This document shows positions 61,386 through 64,000 of a DNA stretch of 64,000 bases, piece by piece. Numbering within the stretch: the first letter of the stretch is position 1; every line of letters starts with the position of its first letter. The DNA is from an uncultured delta proteobacterium (GTDB lineage: Bacteria; Desulfobacterota; Binatia; UBA9968): positions 31,481-95,480 of the forward strand of contig CAWJBB010000072.1 of assembly GCA_963840855.1 (NCBI GenBank), read 5' to 3'. A model generated the notes under the pieces. It did not search any database. It had not been told where the DNA came from and worked only from the letters and a program-made list of their open reading frames with translations. The translations under genes were made by a program, and so were the position numbers.

Positions 61386-64000
61386 ATGACTCGAGCGCTC
61401 ACCGCCACGGCACTTCTGTCGATCGCCCTCCTCGCGCCTGTCAGTGGAACACCTACGGGCGCGTCCTCGGATCCGCCGCTCCAGATCGCCGACCTCGCCT
61501 GGGAGCGGGGCGACTACCCCGCGGCCCTCGCCGGGTATCTGCGCCTGCTCGACTCCCCCGACGCCGCCGCCGTGCTCGAGCCGATCGCGCTCCGCACCGG
61601 TGAGCTCTACGCGACGACGGAGCTGACGCGCGACGGCGCACTGCCGCAGTTTTCGCCCGATGGCCGCTACCTGCTCTACGAGATGGGCCCGGTCGCGACT
61701 CGGGTGACCCGCGTGATCGCGACCGCGGCGCCGGACCGAGTCGTCGTCGAACTACGCGGAGGAGGTGCGGCGTTCTCGCCAGACGGCCGGAAGGTGGCCT
61801 ACTGGAAGCCCACGGTTCCGGCGACGACCGCAACGGCGGCGGCCCCGCCGGCGCAGAGTGCAACGCTGGCCGCGCGCGCGACCATCCACGATCTCGACAC
61901 CGGCCAGGAGACCTCCCTCGACAACGGCACCTCGAGCGCGGCGACGCTGGCGATCGGCGCCGGTGACACCGTGATCTTCGCCGCCGGGCCGGCGACTCCC
62001 GGTCCGACCCAGATCCACGCCGTCGGCAGCGCACGCCCGCTGGCGGCGCTCACATCCGATCCGACCGAGAAGCTCCTCGGCGCCATCAACTCCACGGGCA
62101 CGGCGCTCATCTTCACCACCCGCGTCCCGGGCGCGGGCCGTGGTGGGCGGGGCGGTGCCGGCGGCGGTGCTGCAACGGCCGGCGGTCCTCCGCCCGCCGG
62201 CGGTGCGCCAGCGCCCGCGGGAGCCGCACCCGCACCGGCGCCCGGCCGCGGCGCCGGCGCGCCCGCGACGCCGCCGACGTTCAATGTGCTGTCGATTCCG
62301 GACGGCAAGATCGTGACCATCACCGGCAACTCGCCGTCGTTCTCGCCCGACGGCGCGACGATCGTGTTCGTCAACCGCACGGGAGACGAGACCAGCATCA
62401 GCACCGTCGCGACGGCCGATCCGTCGGCGACGCCGATGGTCGTGCGCAAGGGGCCGGAGCGGGTGGACTTCCCCGCCATGTCCCAGAGCGGCAACCGCGT
62501 CGCGTTCCAGATGATGCCGCGCGACGACTGGGACATCGTCGTCATCAACCGCGACGGCACCAACGAAACGCGGGTGACGCGTGACATCCAGCACGACCTG
62601 CTGCCGCAGTTCCTGACCGACACGCGGCTCGTCGGCGTCATCGGCGAAGCGCGGCATCGCCGGTCGTTTCTCTACGATCTCGATGCCGGCTCGCGTACGC
62701 GGCTCTTTCACAACAACACGGTCCGCACCATCGCGCCCGAGTACTCCTGGCGGCCGAGCCAGGATGGCGGCAAGCTGCTCATCGCTGCCGAACGCGATGG
62801 CGACACGGTCTCGCTCGAGCGCGGCGTCTACCTGATGGACTTGACGCGCACGGTGACGCGCCAGGACGTGCGCGCGCGGGTCGCGGCAAGTCTCGCCGCG
62901 GAAGAGGCGCTCCGCGCGAAAGGCGCGCGGCTCTACGCACCCCTCGCGGCGGCGGTCAAGACGATGACCGACGAAGCCTCCGTCAACCGCATCTACGCCT
63001 ACGAGAAAGCTCTCTACGACTTCGATTCGAAGCACATCACGCGGCCGGGCAACAAGCTCGCATCCGCATATCTCTTCGAGACCTACAAGTCGTTCGGCTA
63101 CAGCCCGGAATTCCAGTGGTTCGATCGCGCCAACGCGCTCGGCGGCCGCACCGCCAATGTCCTCGCGACCCTCAAGGGCACCATCAACCCCGAGCTCATC
63201 TACGTCGTCAGCAGCCACTACGACTCGGTCGCGACCGGCCCGGGTGCCGATGACGATTCGTCCGGCACGGCCGCTCTGCTCGAGACGGCGCGGATCATGG
63301 CCCAGCGGCCGCAGCCGGCGACGATCGTCTTCGCCTCGTTCACTGGCGAGGAGGCGGGGCTGCTCGGCAGCCGCGAGTTCGTACGCCGCGCCGTCGCCGA
63401 GAAGTGGCAGATCGTCGGCGCGCTCAACAACGACATGGTCGGGTGGGCGAACGACGCGCGCCTCGACAACACCATCCGCTACTCGAACCCCGGGATCCGC
63501 GACATCCAGCACGCGGCGGCGATCCAGTTCAGCAACCTCATCACCTACGACGCGCTCTACTACAAGGGAACGGATGCGGCGGCGTACTACGAGGCCTTCG
63601 GCGACATCGTCGGCGGCATCGGGTCGTATCCGGTCCTGAGCAGCCCGCACTACCACCAGTCGCACGACGTGCTCGAGAACATGAACCATCAGCTCATCAC
63701 CGAAGTCGCGAAGACGACGGCGGCGACGCTGGCGCTGCTCGCCTCGAGCCCCTCGCGGCTGACGGATTTGAAGGCGGACGCTGAAGGGTTCCACCGCCAC
63801 GGTGACATGGAAGCCCAGCCCGGAGAGCGGCGTGACCGCCTACCTCGTGTCGTACGGCCCACCCGCAAAGCCGGACGCGCAGCAAACGCGCGTGAGCAAA
63901 CCGAGTGCGCTTCTGTCCAACGTAGTACCGGGAACCGTCATCGCTGTAAAGGCTGTGAACGCCAAGGGCTTCGAGGGGTGGGATTGGGCGCGCGTGACCG
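61386..64000 (+). CDS. Secreted M28-family metallopeptidase with TolB/PD40-like propeller repeats and FN3-like tail; runs off window (not in ORF track)
   Basis: Read by hand from ATG 61386: signal peptide, repeated FSPDG, SSHYDS, GADDDSSG, FTGEEAGLLGS, LNNDM, HYHQSHD. Probable frameshift near 63785. Confidence 0.88.
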   Translation, partial: MTRALTATALLSIALLAPVSGTPTGASSDPPLQIADLAWERGDYPAALAGYLRLLDSPDAAAVLEPIALRTGELYATTELTRDGALPQFSPDGRYLLYEMGPVATRVTRVIATAAPDRVVVELRGGGAAFSPDGRKVAYWKPTVPATTATAAAPPAQSATLAARATIHDLDTGQETSLDNGTSSAATLAIGAGDTVIFAAGPATPGPTQIHAVGSARPLAALTSDPTEKLLGAINSTGTALIFTTRVPGAGRGGRGGAGGGAATAGGPPPAGGAPAPAGAAPAPAPGRGAGAPATPPTFNVLSIPDGKIVTITGNSPSFSPDGATIVFVNRTGDETSISTVATADPSATPMVVRKGPERVDFPAMSQSGNRVAFQMMPRDDWDIVVINRDGTNETRVTRDIQHDLLPQFLTDTRLVGVIGEARHRRSFLYDLDAGSRTRLFHNNTVRTIAPEYSWRPSQDGGKLLIAAERDGDTVSLERGVYLMDLTRTVTRQDVRARVAASLAAEEALRAKGARLYAPLAAAVKTMTDEASVNRIYAYEKALYDFDSKHITRPGNKLASAYLFETYKSFGYSPEFQWFDRANALGGRTANVLATLKGTINPELIYVVSSHYDSVATGPGADDDSSGTAALLETARIMAQRPQPATIVFASFTGEEAGLLGSREFVRRAVAEKWQIVGALNNDMVGWANDARLDNTIRYSNPGIRDIQHAAAIQFSNLITYDALYYKGTDAAAYYEAFGDIVGGIGSYPVLSSPHYHQSHDVLENMNHQLITEVAKTTAATLALLASSPSRLTDLKADAEGFHRHGDMEAQPGERRDRLPRVVRPTRKAGRAANAREQTECASVQRSTGNRHRCKGCERQGLRGVGLGARD

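Noticed and set aside
62125-62280. Very GC-rich low-complexity stretch
   Set aside because: Encodes a Gly/Ala/Pro/Arg linker inside the M28 peptidase.
6031-63800. Frameshifts in about 15 genes as pseudogenisation or programmed frameshifting
   Set aside because: Single-base indels are scattered across unrelated genes on both sides of the junction, often in short homopolymers. This fits long-read or low-coverage error; needs read-level checking.
61752-63800. 682-aa minus-strand ORF
   Set aside because: Antisense shadow of the plus-strand M28 peptidase that the ORF track omitted because it runs off the window.

Overview
The window appears to join two different genomes or contigs near position 52,765. 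Positions 1 to ~52,700 have moderate GC and read like a Candidatus Binatia (Binatota)-type chromosome. That lineage call is an inference from the expanded substrate-binding-protein families and dense REP-like repeats. This left part holds an aromatic-catabolism island: hcrC-hcrA-hcrB-like 4-hydroxybenzoyl-CoA reductase, two UbiD-family (de)carboxylases, an unannotated 49-aa zinc-ribbon gene, two acyl-CoA ligases, a Rieske oxygenase, and a divergent ABC transporter + LigAB-type dioxygenase + TPP enzyme. It also has two toxin-antitoxin pairs, a 4-GAF histidine kinase, a Liv-type ABC system, a K+ channel and many solute-binding proteins. From ~52,765 the GC is visibly higher and the genes are Acidobacteria-like (oxidoreductase truncated at the junction, carboxypeptidase-regulatory-like protein, HExxH/TPR protein, actP-DUF485, M28 peptidase). 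Many genes are broken by single-base indels, most likely sequencing or assembly errors. Features the ORF track misses: (1) an in-frame UGA in a G-H-U-S-T-C (UxxC) motif followed by a SECIS-like hairpin, which joins two ORFs into a 553-aa candidate selenoprotein upstream of a thioredoxin-reductase-like gene; (2) a ~265-nt strongly base-paired non-coding element downstream of an orphan ORF with a candidate sigma-54 promoter; (3) a DUF559 nuclease cassette whose flanking inverted repeats supply its start and stop codons; (4) palindromic repeats read in frame inside signal peptides; (5) a miniature element carrying a RAYT-like transposase remnant. No rRNA, tRNA or CRISPR array was seen. All calls come from reading the sequence; no searches were run.
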